Below are positions 18,917-27,456 of a DNA stretch of 44,769 bases, piece after piece (position 1 is the stretch's first letter; every line of letters begins with the position of its first letter). The DNA is from an uncultured bacterium. GTDB lineage: Bacteria; Actinomycetota; Acidimicrobiia; Spongiisociales; UBA5794. Location of the stretch: assembly GCA_965368515.1 (NCBI GenBank), contig CBDUNF010000003.1, positions 1-44,769 on the forward strand, in the 5' to 3' direction. The translations under genes were made by a program, and so were the position numbers. The notes beneath the pieces are model-generated. The model saw only the letters and a list, made by a program, of their open reading frames with translations. It searched no databases and was not told the DNA's origin.

Positions 18917-19822
18917 TCAGGTGCTGGCGGACCTGTCGCGGCGAGTCGTCAGCCAGGCGCCGAGCAGGATCAGCACAATGCCGATGGCCCCGGCGATGGC
19001 GACGGTCTCGTCACGGACAAGCACACCGAGGATGAGAGCAACCACGGGCATCAAGTAGATGGCAACTGCGCCTCGAGTAGCCCCCATGCGGCCGACGAGG
19101 GTGACCATGCCGATGTAGGCAACTCCGGTACCGAGGAGCCCGAGAGACGCAACCGCAGCTATCGACGACAGTTGCACGGGTTCGGAAGGTGCCGCCGCGA
19201 TGGCGAGTGGGAGCGTGACCAAGGCCGCTACGCCCACGGCTCGCAGTAGCACCGGCAACGCGCCGTAGCGTTGCTGCAGTGGGACGGCGATGTTCATCGC
19301 CAGGCCCTCCAGCAGTGACGCCAGCAGCATGAGGGCGACGCCTGATAGCTGGGTGCCCGCCCCCTCGCCGCGTAGCGAGATCAAGAGCACCCCGGCAAAT
19401 CCGATGGTCAGACCGACAATCTGGATTCGGCCCGGTGCCCGGCGCAGCATGATTGCGGCGAGCAGTGCTGCAAACAGAGGAACTGCGCCGTTGATCATCG
19501 CCGCCACGGACGACGCTATCCACTGTTGGGCAGTCGGGATGAGCAGCAACGGTATCGCCATCCAGATGACGCCCAGAAGGGCGATTGTCGGCCAGTCCGA
19601 CCGATCGACCCTGCGGCGCGCCGGCGGAAACGAAACCAGCACCAGAAACCCGAGAACGAGACGGCTTGCGGCAATGACCGGCGGCCGGAACGACTCGAGT
19701 GCCTCTGCTACGAAGATGAACGACGATCCCCAGATCAGAGCGACTGCGACAAGAAGGCCCCACTCAAACCATCCGTAAGCGTGATGGCTGGTGCCGGCGG
19801 CGGTGCGGAGCCGGGGGGTCAC
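18917..19822 (-). CDS. DMT/EamA family transporter
   Basis: IWGSSF..., about 10 TM segments in two EamA repeats, and [14 protein letters not shown]. Confidence 0.92.
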   Translation of the reverse strand: MTPRLRTAAGTSHHAYGWFEWGLLVAVALIWGSSFIFVAEALESFRPPVIAASRLVLGFLVLVSFPPARRRVDRSDWPTIALLGVIWMAIPLLLIPTAQQWIASSVAAMINGAVPLFAALLAAIMLRRAPGRIQIVGLTIGFAGVLLISLRGEGAGTQLSGVALMLLASLLEGLAMNIAVPLQQRYGALPVLLRAVGVAALVTLPLAIAAAPSEPVQLSSIAAVASLGLLGTGVAYIGMVTLVGRMGATRGAVAIYLMPVVALILGVLVRDETVAIAGAIGIVLILLGAWLTTRRDRSAST

Positions 19823-19824
19823 GG

Positions 19825-20439
19825 CTAGTCGAGGACGCCGAGCGCGGTGAGTGCCTTGCGCAGTTGTTCAGGGTCGCTGAAATGGATGACGTTGAAGCCG
19901 AGGTCGGCTGCCGCGGCGATATTCGCTGCGCTGTCGTCGATGAATACACACTCGTCGGCGCTGCGGCCAATGCGATCGAGCAGCACCCGGTAGAGGCGCG
20001 GGTCGGGCTTCTTCAGGCGTTCATCGCCGGAAACGACGATGTACTCGAACCATTGGAGGAACTCGTAGCGTTCCAGGGCAATCGGGAAGGTCTCGGCGGA
20101 CCAGTTGGTGAGGGCGTGGACCTCGGTGCCTTGTTCCTTCAACTCGGACAGAATCTCGAGGGTGCCCTCGATCGGTCCGTTAAGCATCTCCTCCCACCGG
20201 TCCTTGTAGGCGGCGATCCACTCGCTGTACTCGGGATAGATGGCGCTCAGCATGGCGACGCCGTCGCTCCAGAGGCGACCGGCGTCGTGATAGGAGTTCC
20301 AACGGAGCGTCGCAATCTCGCCGAGGAACTCCTCCATTGCTGCTTCGTCTTCGATGACCTTGCGGTACATGTGGCGCGGGTCCCAATCGATGAGGACGGC
20401 GCCGAGGTCGAAGACGATGGCGTTGGGAGTCGATGTCAT
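19825..20439 (-). CDS. HAD-superfamily hydrolase (subfamily IA)
   Basis: Motif I VFDLGAVLIDW, motif II LTNWS, motif III KKPDP and motif IV FIDD. Confidence 0.92.
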   Translation of the reverse strand: MTSTPNAIVFDLGAVLIDWDPRHMYRKVIEDEAAMEEFLGEIATLRWNSYHDAGRLWSDGVAMLSAIYPEYSEWIAAYKDRWEEMLNGPIEGTLEILSELKEQGTEVHALTNWSAETFPIALERYEFLQWFEYIVVSGDERLKKPDPRLYRVLLDRIGRSADECVFIDDSAANIAAAADLGFNVIHFSDPEQLRKALTALGVLD

Positions 20440-20529
20440 GGCAGCACTCTAGGAGAGGATCGCGACTCCGCTTTGGCAACAGATTCTGTCGGCTATACCA
20501 GATAGGCTGGGGGAGACGCGGAGGTCGCC

Positions 20530-21312
20530 ATGGATGTTGTGGATCTGTCCCCGGAGTTCGAGTCCGCCTACCTGGTCTGCCTTGAGGAGTGGTCGGGCGA
20601 AATGGCCGACGCAGGCGACCGCAAGGCGCTGTGGTTCGACCAAATGCGTGATCGTGGCCTGCGAGTGAAGCTTGCGGTCGAGAACGATTGCCCGGTCGGG
20701 ATGATCCAGTACGTACCCATCGAGGAGGGGCTTGCGCTCGGCCGAGATATGTACATGATTCTGTGCATCTGGGTCCACGGCCACCAGGAGGGAGTCGGCG
20801 ACCGGCAAGGCCGCGGCATTGGCGAGGCTCTACTCGAGGCCGCTGAGTCAGACGTCCATGATCTGGGTGCCAAAGGCATCGTCGCCTGGGGTGTCGTTCT
20901 GCCCTTCTGGATGAAGGCGAAGTGGTTCCGTAAACACGGCTATCGCAAGATCGACCGGCAGGGTATCCGAGCGTTGCTGTGGAAGCCGTTTACGGCCGAT
21001 GCCGAACCGCCCCGCTGGATCGAGTCGGGCGCCAAGCCGGCGCCTGTCGACGGCCAGGTCACCGTAACCGCATTCGTGAACGGCTGGTGCCCCGCGTCGA
21101 ACGTGGTCTACGAACGGGCGAAGCGGGCGGCTGCCACATTCGGCGATGAGGTTGTTTTTGAGGAGCACGACACTTTCGGACAGGAAGCGATGGTTCGATG
21201 CGGTCACGCTGACTGCGTGTTTGTCGACGGGAAGACCTTGCAGCATGGCCCGCCGCCCTCATACGACAAGATCCTCAAGCGGATCGAGAAACGGGTCGCC
21301 AAGCTCAAGTAG
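20530..21312 (+). CDS. GNAT acetyltransferase with C-terminal thioredoxin-like (YoaP-like) domain
   Basis: GMIQYVP...ILCIWV, acetyl-CoA motif QGRGIGEALL and WFRKHGY. C-terminal FVNGWCP. GGAGG SD. Confidence 0.82.
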   Translation: MDVVDLSPEFESAYLVCLEEWSGEMADAGDRKALWFDQMRDRGLRVKLAVENDCPVGMIQYVPIEEGLALGRDMYMILCIWVHGHQEGVGDRQGRGIGEALLEAAESDVHDLGAKGIVAWGVVLPFWMKAKWFRKHGYRKIDRQGIRALLWKPFTADAEPPRWIESGAKPAPVDGQVTVTAFVNGWCPASNVVYERAKRAAATFGDEVVFEEHDTFGQEAMVRCGHADCVFVDGKTLQHGPPPSYDKILKRIEKRVAKLK

Positions 21313-22018
21313 CTTTGTAGAACGAGCCTTCACGCAACCCGCCGTTAGCGTCGAGCGGGCCATCGGCATTGCTGAAGCTGATCGGTTCATCCCGACCTTC
21401 CACAGGGGGCCAGCTGAAGTAGACCCCGAAATGCAGGACCGGCCCTGCGGTGCGGCCGGTCGCACCGCTGTGCGCGATCTCGTCACCCTGATTGACCTCG
21501 TCTCCTTCGGCAACACCCGCTCCGAGATGTTGCAGGTGGGCGTAGAAGCCAACGGTGCCATCTTCATGCCGGATCATGACGTAGTTGAAGTGTCTCGAGT
21601 TCTCGTCATCGGGAACGTCCTCTTTGACCTCGACAACGACCCCGCCGCGGGCGGCCACGACCACCGATCCCACCGGCATCGCAAAGTCGTAGGCGAGCTG
21701 ATTCTCGTGGCTGCCGTCGTCATGACAGTACGACTGGATTATCGAGTAGCCATCGCCTGCCGGGTAGGGGAGGACGTATGGCGAGGAGGCCTGGTCCTCG
21801 AAGACGGCTCGACGGAGGCAGCGGTCGTGGTCGGTGAGTGGCGCCGCAGTCGTAGTCGTAGTCGACGCGGTTTCCGGGGCCACGGTTGACGTTGTGGTCG
21901 TGGGGGCCGGAGCAGAGGTGGGTGGGGTGGCGTCCTGGCTGGAGCAGCCGAGCACAATGAGGGCCGCAACCACGATTGGAGCGGAACTCCGGACGCGCTG
22001 CGGGGCGACCACCGACAC
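21305..22018 (-). CDS. M23 family metallopeptidase, probable lipoprotein
   Basis: H....AYDF, YAHL and SGATG...GPVLHF zinc-site motifs. IVLG-C lipobox followed by a Thr/Pro-rich linker. Confidence 0.85.
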   Translation of the reverse strand: MSVVAPQRVRSSAPIVVAALIVLGCSSQDATPPTSAPAPTTTTSTVAPETASTTTTTAAPLTDHDRCLRRAVFEDQASSPYVLPYPAGDGYSIIQSYCHDDGSHENQLAYDFAMPVGSVVVAARGGVVVEVKEDVPDDENSRHFNYVMIRHEDGTVGFYAHLQHLGAGVAEGDEVNQGDEIAHSGATGRTAGPVLHFGVYFSWPPVEGRDEPISFSNADGPLDANGGLREGSFYKAT

Positions 22019-22020
22019 GA

Positions 22021-23151
22021 TTACGCCAGGTAACGGGCGCGGGCGGCGAGGTTCTGGCGGACCTCGGTGGTGATGTCCTCGTAGAACTCCTCGCGCAACG
22101 CCGACTCTGTGGTCGTGTAGACGCTGAAGTACACGACAGCGAATGCGGCAAGGAAGCCGGAGACCCGCAGCAGCTCAGTCGACAACTCGACTTCGATGCC
22201 GAACAGGGTTGACTTCCAGAGAACTGTCGGGTCTGCCGTTGTCCACAGCTGCACCGTCTCCGGTTGAATGACAAGCAGGCCAAGACCAACGAAGAACGCC
22301 CCAATCAGGGCGCTGACAAGCACCAAGCGGAACGATTGGCTGATGAAGACCAGCAGCCATAGATTGCCCCGTTCCCGCCGGGACAGCGGCGGCGGTGCGG
22401 GTTTATCTTCGCTGGTGACCCGTGCCCCCGGGGCATCCTCGCTGAGTGTTTCGATCTCGTCCCATGAGGAGAACACGTTCAGATTGCGTAGCTCCTGAGG
22501 AATCTGTGTGCCGAGAAACACACCGGCCAGCAGTGCGAACAATGCGCCGACGGCAACCAGCAGCGAGGTATCAAGCCGCCCTGCCGATTGCCACGCTTCG
22601 GCGTTGATGAATAGAAACATGAAACCAATCAGAAGCAGCGGCAGGGTGCGGGTGAACAGTCGCAAAGTCCTACCGATGGAATGGATGAGTTGGGCACCCA
22701 CCCACAGCGAGATAGCAACGACACCAAAGCTCGTAATTAGGTAGACGAGGCCGAGAATGACGGCCTGGGTTGTCAGGGTTATGAGCGCTCCGGACCAGTC
22801 GCCCCCGAATATGAGTGGGAGCAATGTTGGTACAACCAGAAAGACGCCGATTTCGACGGGCCCGACCCTGTCGGGCCTCCGCAGCAACGGGCGGAGGCCG
22901 CGTATTCGGTTGATGCCCATCCAGACAGCCAGCAAGATGGCCAGGCCGGCGACACTGGCCGTGATGATCCCCAATGCCGGCCAATCGAGATCGATGGCGC
23001 TGATCGAGCTGAATAGGAACAGCAGCACGAGCATTGGCAACGCCCGGGTGAGAACATCCTCGCTGGCGTTGTAGGCGTCGATGAAGTGCGGTACCCCTCG
23101 ATCGACGAACCATGTCTCGGTGTCGGCTCGGGAATCCTGTTGTCTGCTCAC
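22021..23151 (-). CDS. Integral membrane protein (conserved actinobacterial type, function unknown)
   Basis: WFVDRGVPHFI N-terminus, RTLPLLL..FMFLFINAEAWQ and LSRRERGNL, with about 8 TM segments. Confidence 0.75.
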   Translation of the reverse strand: MSRQQDSRADTETWFVDRGVPHFIDAYNASEDVLTRALPMLVLLFLFSSISAIDLDWPALGIITASVAGLAILLAVWMGINRIRGLRPLLRRPDRVGPVEIGVFLVVPTLLPLIFGGDWSGALITLTTQAVILGLVYLITSFGVVAISLWVGAQLIHSIGRTLRLFTRTLPLLLIGFMFLFINAEAWQSAGRLDTSLLVAVGALFALLAGVFLGTQIPQELRNLNVFSSWDEIETLSEDAPGARVTSEDKPAPPPLSRRERGNLWLLVFISQSFRLVLVSALIGAFFVGLGLLVIQPETVQLWTTADPTVLWKSTLFGIEVELSTELLRVSGFLAAFAVVYFSVYTTTESALREEFYEDITTEVRQNLAARARYLA

Positions 23152-23193
23152 GTCCGCTGATTATCGCACGGCACCGAGCCGCAAGTGCGTGCC

Positions 23194-23862
23194 CTAGACG
23201 GCTTCGGCGGGATCCTTCATCAGCACCGCAGCCACACCGGGCTGAGACGATGTCATGGTCTTCGTAGTTTCCCCTTGGCCGCGCAGTCGAACCCTGATTG
23301 TGGCGAATCGCACGAGGATGGCAGCCGATCCTGTGCCCATCGCCACGCCATAGATGACCAGTGCCCCGTCGCCGACCGCATGTCCGTAATAGCCCCACAG
23401 CAGCGCCTGGCCGAGTCCCACCATCCACAGCCCCGGGGCGATCGCCAGTTGTCCCTTGGTGCGGAAAGCACTCCAAACGGCCGGAGCTATTTGAACGCCT
23501 GCCCACAAACCGAGAGCGGTCCCGACGAGCTGCCAGCCGCCGAGAAGGCCGGCGATACCGATCGTCGACGAGGCTCCTGCGATTGCCAGGTAGGTCCCGC
23601 GGCGCTGGGGTATCGAATGGAGAACGAGCCACAGCAGGGCCACGTACAGCCCGGCGGCGATGATTGGTGACAGCAGGCTGAGCCACAACTCCTGGGACCA
23701 GCGATAGGCACCCCAGCCAACGTTGATGACTACCCCTATCGACGCCCAGATCGGGGAAAGGCCGGCGGTGGAGCTGAGCCGCATGCTTCTAGCCAGTTGC
23801 GGCAACAGTTGGAAGGCGCTGAGCACGGTTGCCATGCCAGCCGCGAACGCCACAATCTCCAT
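23194..23862 (-). CDS. PQ-loop (SemiSWEET/MtN3-like) repeat membrane protein
   Basis: Two repeats: QLLPQLARS...GLS...W and QIAPAVWSA...IA...W..W.YYG. AAGGGGG SD upstream. Confidence 0.7.
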   Translation of the reverse strand: MEIVAFAAGMATVLSAFQLLPQLARSMRLSSTAGLSPIWASIGVVINVGWGAYRWSQELWLSLLSPIIAAGLYVALLWLVLHSIPQRRGTYLAIAGASSTIGIAGLLGGWQLVGTALGLWAGVQIAPAVWSAFRTKGQLAIAPGLWMVGLGQALLWGYYGHAVGDGALVIYGVAMGTGSAAILVRFATIRVRLRGQGETTKTMTSSQPGVAAVLMKDPAEAV

Positions 23863-23993
23863 GTCCCCCCTTCCGGTTACCCGTTACAGGAGGCCGACAC
23901 AGGCGCTGTGATACATGGAACTTGCGTGGCCATACCGCTAAGTCGGAGAGCTACCCAGGCGATCGACCCCGTCCGCCACCCCCGACCTGCGAA

Positions 23994-24069
23994 GCCCCCG
24001 GATGGAGGGAGGAGAACATCCGGGGGCCCCTGTCGGTTGCCCTGGAGCGGGAGGGAAGGGGTGGGCAAC
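23994..24069 (-). ncRNA. Candidate small RNA: two tandem hairpins with C/U-rich loops (6C/cuckoo-like); strand inferred
   Basis: GTTGCCC/GGGCAAC stem (24036-24069) with minus-strand loop ACCCCTTCCCTCCCGCTCCA. Perfect 11-bp stem GCCCCCGGATG/CATCCGGGGGC (23994-24027) with loop TTCTCCTCCCTC. Both lie in a roughly 500-nt intergenic gap. Confidence 0.5.
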
Positions 24070-24340
24070 AGATCGCTGTGTTATGTCGACATAGTGCATC
24101 AAGAACGTGGTCCATACATCAGGCGTGTGGCTGATTCGAGCTAGATCTCGGGTAGTACGTTTGGCCGGGGCCTCCTACGCATTGAGGAGGAGGAATGAAG
24201 TGGTGAGGGTCTGCGACGACGCCGCGACTGCAGCTGAGCGTTCCGCCTAGCGGCGGCTCGATTTGGGCTGGCGTCCCGACCCGGAGTGCTCTCCGGCCCT
24301 AGAGGTTGCGGCTCTGGCGGCGCGATAGTCGGGCTATGAG

Positions 24341-24356
24341 TTCAAGAACTATTGAA
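24341..24356 (+). promoter_or_regulatory. Putative ArsR operator TTCAA-N6-TTGAA
   Basis: Inverted repeat TTCAAGAACTATTGAA, 3 nt before the arsR ATG. It has the dyad form expected for ArsR/SmtB boxes. Confidence 0.65.
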
Positions 24357-24359
24357 TCA

Positions 24360-24626
24360 ATGACACTTGAAGTGAGGGCAGAGCTGTTCTCTGCTCTCGG
24401 TGATCCGATCCGGCTCCAGATTCTCGACCGGCTTGGCGGATGCAAGAAGTGTGTCTGTGATCTTCAGGAGGCGATCGACATCGCCCCCAATCTTCTGTCG
24501 TATCACTTGAGGGTGTTACGAGAAGCCGGTCTGGTCACGACAACCCGACGCGGTCGCTGGATTGATTACGAGCTGTCGCCCACCGCGACCAAAGCAATCG
24601 TCACCGCGTTGCCGTTCCGCCCATGA
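24360..24626 (+). CDS. arsR: ArsR/SmtB metalloregulator with CVC As(III)-type site
   Basis: FSALGDPIRLQIL, CKKCVCDL and LSYHLRVLREAGLV...RGRW. Start at 24360 (alternative 24336). Confidence 0.9.
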   Translation: MTLEVRAELFSALGDPIRLQILDRLGGCKKCVCDLQEAIDIAPNLLSYHLRVLREAGLVTTTRRGRWIDYELSPTATKAIVTALPFRP

Positions 24627-25672
24627 CCGTCGAGACGCAGGAAATTCAACGCCACCACTGGCGCCTGTGGGGAGGGCTCCTTGCTGCAGTCGTCGGTTGG
24701 GTGATCCTCTACTCAATCCATCGGCCTTTCTGGGAATGGGCCCTCTTTGACACGCTCGGCTTGGATCGTGACACCCACCTCGGCGCTGCGGTCGAATTCT
24801 TCTTCTACGACACGACCAAGATTGCCCTTTTGCTATGCGGGATCATCTTTGCGGTGACCGTGCTGCGCAGCTTCATGAGTGTCGAGCGAACCAGGGCATT
24901 GCTGGGAGGGCGCCGAGAGGGGGTCGGCAACGTCGCCGCCGCTGGTCTCGGCGTCGTGACACCGTTCTGCTCGTGCAGTGCGGTCCCCGGGTTCATCGGC
25001 TTTGTCGCAGCCGGGGTGCCCCTCGGCATCACGATGAGCTTCTTGATCGCTAGTCCGATGGTCAATGAGGTTGCGATCGTTCTTCTTTATGGGCTGTTCG
25101 GCTGGAAGGTCGCCGCCGTCTACGTGACCGCCGGCCTCTTGCTCGCAATCGTCGCGGGCTGGGTGATTGGCCGTCTGCGTCTCGAACGCTACGTGGAGCC
25201 GTTCGTGTTCGAGACAACCCTGCGCGGCCAGCCGGTAGACCTTGCAGGTGGGCTCACCTGGACCGATCGCTTTGCCATGGGACGCGAAGAGGTCGTTTCG
25301 ATTCTTCGCAAGATCTGGCCGTATCTGGCGGTGGGAATCGGCATTGGGGCCGCAATCCACGGATGGGTACCCGAGGACTTCTTCGTTGGCGCCGCCGGGC
25401 CCGACAACCCATTGGCCGTCCCGGTGGCAGTTGGCATCGGTGTTCCGCTGTACTCCAACGCCGCCGGCGTCCTACCGTTGGTCGAGGCCCTGCACGCCAA
25501 GGGGCTGGCGATGGGAACGGTGCTTGCCTTCATGATGTCGGTCGTGGCATTGTCGGTTCCCGAGATGGTCCTGCTGCGGCGGGTACTCAAGCCCCGGCTT
25601 CTCGGGATCTTCGTCGCAGTCGTCGCCTCGGGGATCCTCGCGGTCGGTCTTCTCTTCAATCTCATTCTGTAA
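24623..25672 (+). CDS. arsP: ArsP-family (DUF318) permease
   Basis: FFFYDT.KI, TPFCSCSAVP, FLIASPMVNE, GVPLYSN and ALSVPE motifs. Coupled to arsR by a 4-nt overlap. Confidence 0.88.
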   Translation: MTVETQEIQRHHWRLWGGLLAAVVGWVILYSIHRPFWEWALFDTLGLDRDTHLGAAVEFFFYDTTKIALLLCGIIFAVTVLRSFMSVERTRALLGGRREGVGNVAAAGLGVVTPFCSCSAVPGFIGFVAAGVPLGITMSFLIASPMVNEVAIVLLYGLFGWKVAAVYVTAGLLLAIVAGWVIGRLRLERYVEPFVFETTLRGQPVDLAGGLTWTDRFAMGREEVVSILRKIWPYLAVGIGIGAAIHGWVPEDFFVGAAGPDNPLAVPVAVGIGVPLYSNAAGVLPLVEALHAKGLAMGTVLAFMMSVVALSVPEMVLLRRVLKPRLLGIFVAVVASGILAVGLLFNLIL

Positions 25673-25683
25673 GGAGCTAACAC

Positions 25684-25917
25684 ATGAATATCAAAGTCCT
25701 CGGCCCGGGCTGTGCGAACTGCACAACCCTCGAGAAGAGAACAAACGAGGCGCTGCAATTGGCGGGTGTCGAAGCGAGCGTCGAGAAGGTAACCGACTAC
25801 GCCGAGATCGCCTCGTACGGGATCATGTCGACGCCCGGCTTGGTCATCGACGAGCAGGTCGTCGTTTCGGGTCGAGTACCCAAGGTCCACGAGATCCAGG
25901 CCCTGCTCACCCGGTGA
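25684..25917 (+). CDS. Small redox-active disulfide protein (MTH895-like thioredoxin family)
   Basis: IKVLGPGCANC...YGIMSTPGLVID...GRVP. AAGGAG SD. Confidence 0.92.
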   Translation: MNIKVLGPGCANCTTLEKRTNEALQLAGVEASVEKVTDYAEIASYGIMSTPGLVIDEQVVVSGRVPKVHEIQALLTR

Positions 25918-25969
25918 AGGCATCGGGTGCGCCCTTGCCGCAACCAGAATTCTGATAGGGAGTAGAAGG

Positions 25970-26632
25970 ATGAACACAACACTGATCCGTCGGTTGGTCG
26001 CGACGTTGGGCGACAACCGCCTTGCCTTCGCAATCGGGCTGGCCGTGGTCATCCTCGCCGTTGCCTCGGGCGTGGTTGCCGGGGCTGCACCGCTATTCGG
26101 GCTCCTGGGAATCATCCTGGCAGCGGCGGCGATCGTCCTGTCTGTGCGGCGCAGCGCACGGGGGCTTGGTCCGGTGGTCGGGCATTTCGCTTTGGCGGGC
26201 ATCTTGCTGTTCGGCTTGATCCAATTGGTGCCGTACGGGCGCAGTCATACCAACCCTCCGGTGATTGGCGAGCCGGCATGGTCATCGCCTGAGACCCGTC
26301 AACTGATGGTCAACGCCTGTTTTGGGTGCCACAGCAACGAGGTGGAGTGGCCGTGGTACTCGAACGTGGCCCCGATTTCATGGCTGGTCACCCGCCATGT
26401 CGATGAGGGGCGGGACGAGGTCAACTACTCCGAGTTCACCGTCGATCGTGGAGAGGCCGAGGAAACCATCGAGGTGATCCGTGAGGGCTCTATGCCGCCG
26501 AGTTACTACACGGTGTTTGGGCTCCATCCCGAGGCCAGGCTGACCGAAGCCGAGATCGACAGGCTTGTCGCCGGCCTGCGTCTTACGCCGGGGATGTCCG
26601 AGGACGAATCGGAAGAGGAAGACGACCACTGA
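25970..26632 (+). CDS. Membrane-anchored monohaem c-type cytochrome (haem-binding domain protein)
   Basis: Three N-terminal TM segments, IQLVPYG..HTNPP, CFGCH haem motif, WPWYSNVAPISW and the MPP axial Met. Confidence 0.85.
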   Translation: MNTTLIRRLVATLGDNRLAFAIGLAVVILAVASGVVAGAAPLFGLLGIILAAAAIVLSVRRSARGLGPVVGHFALAGILLFGLIQLVPYGRSHTNPPVIGEPAWSSPETRQLMVNACFGCHSNEVEWPWYSNVAPISWLVTRHVDEGRDEVNYSEFTVDRGEAEETIEVIREGSMPPSYYTVFGLHPEARLTEAEIDRLVAGLRLTPGMSEDESEEEDDH

Positions 26633-26738
26633 CGATTGCCTCGCTGCCCGATCAGTCCGGTGCGGTAACTCGCTGCAGATTGCCCCCGTTCAGCCGCGAG
26701 AACGCCTCAGCGGTGTGGCCGCAGGAGTCCTTCAGCCG

Positions 26739-27377
26739 TCAAACGGCGCTTTCGTGCAGCACCGGGACGAAGCCATTGCCCAACGCTGCCACCGAGGTCG
26801 GCGGCGTCAGCACGGCAACCGCGATTCCCCCCGGCCGCGCAACGGGTGGGCCCCATCCGCCGAACGAGAACGGCTGGAGGCTGTCTTTGGTGACCAGGTG
26901 GCACTCTCCTGTCGACCGTTCGACAATCACTACCCCGGTGGGCAATGAGTCCAAGTCGTGCGTCTCTACGATTCTGTCGGCTGCTCGCACGAGTCCTCTT
27001 CCGGGCCGGTGTCGTTCCGCGGCGAGTAGCCGATTCAGATCTGGCGCTCGAAGCGGCTTCTCGGCACCAATAGCCAGGCTGACTGCTTTGCGATACGCGA
27101 GGTAATCCGTGCGCCGGCACAACCCGCAGGGTCGATGGCCGGCTGCGAGAGCAACGGCGTCGTCGAGGAAGAAGAGAGGAGTCCACGTGCGCGGCTGATC
27201 GAGCGGATGCTTCCAGTTGCGGAACTCGGTGCGGCAAGCAATCCACAACGACCCTTGGTGGTGACGCGCGAGGCGGCCGGTGTCGTCGACGAGACAGCCC
27301 CGATTGCCCGTAAACATCCCGTGGGCGGACTCTGCGTGAAGGTCACCCCATGGGTCGACCCGGTTTCTACGTGGCAT
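26739..27377 (-). CDS. Conserved hypothetical protein with Ada-type Cys motif
   Basis: RNRVDPWG, GNRGCL, WIAC and LFFLDDAVALAAGHRPCGLCRR. Start moved to the ATG at 27377. Confidence 0.72.
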   Translation of the reverse strand: MPRRNRVDPWGDLHAESAHGMFTGNRGCLVDDTGRLARHHQGSLWIACRTEFRNWKHPLDQPRTWTPLFFLDDAVALAAGHRPCGLCRRTDYLAYRKAVSLAIGAEKPLRAPDLNRLLAAERHRPGRGLVRAADRIVETHDLDSLPTGVVIVERSTGECHLVTKDSLQPFSFGGWGPPVARPGGIAVAVLTPPTSVAALGNGFVPVLHESAV

Positions 27378-27456
27378 ATCGGTATCCAGTGCAAAGGGCC
27401 GGTCTTGCCTCGAGCGTAACGTGAGCGCTGCGCGATTCCACGCCAGCAGCCGCGGT

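Noticed and set aside
23863-24100. Riboswitch upstream of the PQ-loop transporter
   Set aside because: I could not find the conserved cores of TPP, cobalamin, SAM, FMN, glycine or other common riboswitches. The twin-hairpin sRNA reading fits better, though an Rfam scan is needed.
24171-24250. CCTCCT/AGGAGG hairpin with a strong SD followed by ATG-AAG-TGG-TGA or a 16-codon GTG ORF
   Set aside because: The ORFs are too short and featureless to support a leader-peptide call from sequence alone.
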